NCBI GenBank assembly: GCA_010093815.1
Contig: ML996569.1
Strand: one strand, 5' to 3'
Origin: Pseudovirgaria hyperparasitica
Lineage: Eukaryota
DNA: 64,000 nt
A program made the translations under genes and the position numbers. Below, one piece after another: positions 63,045 to 64,000 of the stretch. The notes beneath the pieces were generated by a model, which saw only the letters and a list, made by a program, of their open reading frames with translations, searched no databases and was not told the DNA's origin. Position 1 is the first letter of the stretch. The number at the start of each line of letters is the position of its first letter.

Positions 63045-64000
63045 AAAAGAGCCATGGGAAGCCATAGCGAGCCTGAGTGGGATGAATGAGCGATGTCACA
63101 TTGCTGATCAATTGGAGGCATTAGCGGACAGATTGGACGAGGTGGTGCACGCATACTGATCTAGACTTAGATTTCACATATGATGATTCTACTGAGTTTA
63201 TCAAGTAGAAAACTTGTACACAAAGGGCCAAGTGAAGCTGACATGGGCAATAAGCAGCATCGAATCAACAATGCTAGTGTTTTGGTTGTTAGCAGATGTC
63301 TAGGAAACAGAGCAAGAAGACGATACATGAGATCAAAGCACTGATGAGGCTCTTTGCGTTACTGCGTAGTGTATTTGACGATCCTAAGGAAAGAAATATG
63401 TATGAAGGAGAGGATGATGTCGAGTTGTAGTTGTGTTGACAGTAGACGTGACGATAGACGTTGACGACCTGAGCTAGGGTGTGATGACGTAAGTAAGTAC
63501 TAGTCTATACCCAGCTAGCGCGTACCCCTCCACGTCAACCATCAAGGCAGTCAGGCAACAGCCCCGCTGCATTTAATGCCTGAGGCTTGAAGATTTGTAT
63601 GAGGACGTCACTCGGACGCCGGTCCTCAATTGAAACTTTTGGAAGTTTCTCTATCGATCATGCCTCGACCTCTCCCTTTGATCTCTTGTATATTTTTCGT
63701 CTCCCATTATAAACAATTGACCCTCCTGTACTGTTTGACCTCTTCACCAGAGTCTACAATCTGATTGGGTTTACATCTCCACCTTCACGCCCCGCCCGAC
63801 TCCATCCGATAACAGTCTTCGTTTTTTGTTGACCACTTGCGCCGGTCCAATCACCCCACCGTCATTGCCCGACACGGTTTAAGCCCTTCACTCGCAAGCT
63901 CTCGTTCGCTGTCGTCGTCCTCAACATCATCTCCACGAGCTACACGTTCGCCATTTTAGGCGCTTCACTCAGGTTCGTCTTGGCTATGGCTATTCCCAGA

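Noticed and set aside
63180..63241. ATGATGA...CTGA pair resembling a box C/D snoRNA
   Set aside because: Short, weak terminal stem and no rRNA-complementary guide I could verify; needs a snoscan or Rfam search.

Overview
Gene-dense, intron-containing chromosomal DNA from a filamentous ascomycete (short GT-AG introns of about 45-70 nt with CTRAC branch points; Pezizomycotina-type proteins). About 25 protein-coding genes are supported: alpha-COP, a TFIIIC triple-barrel subunit, Vps62, a ~2150-aa DNMT5-type cytosine methyltransferase-SNF2-RING fusion, ALG1, an Msc2-type CDF zinc transporter, a stand-alone SET protein, a ccg-6-like cell wall protein, an SDR, eIF1/SUI1, proteasome beta5, RRP14/SURF6, complex I NDUFS8 head-to-head with mitochondrial ACP, VPS74, SNF5, a DsbA/FrnE thioredoxin, a secreted DUF1524/HNH nuclease, CHL1 helicase and several hypothetical proteins. 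I saw no transposon, rRNA, tRNA or CRISPR. The most unusual signals are (1) an eIF1 with a ~37-aa Lys/Asp/Glu-rich insertion in loop 2, the loop that controls start-codon fidelity, while keeping its poor autoregulatory AUG context; (2) the DNMT5-like gene with clustered MCB-like promoter motifs also seen at CHL1; (3) a 5-nt microexon inside the CHL1 Walker A motif; (4) a GC-AG intron in COP1; (5) a 201-codon AUG-free open frame ahead of Vps62; (6) an unannotated spliced transcript and a 75-aa membrane microprotein. All calls come from reading motifs by eye; no database searches were run.
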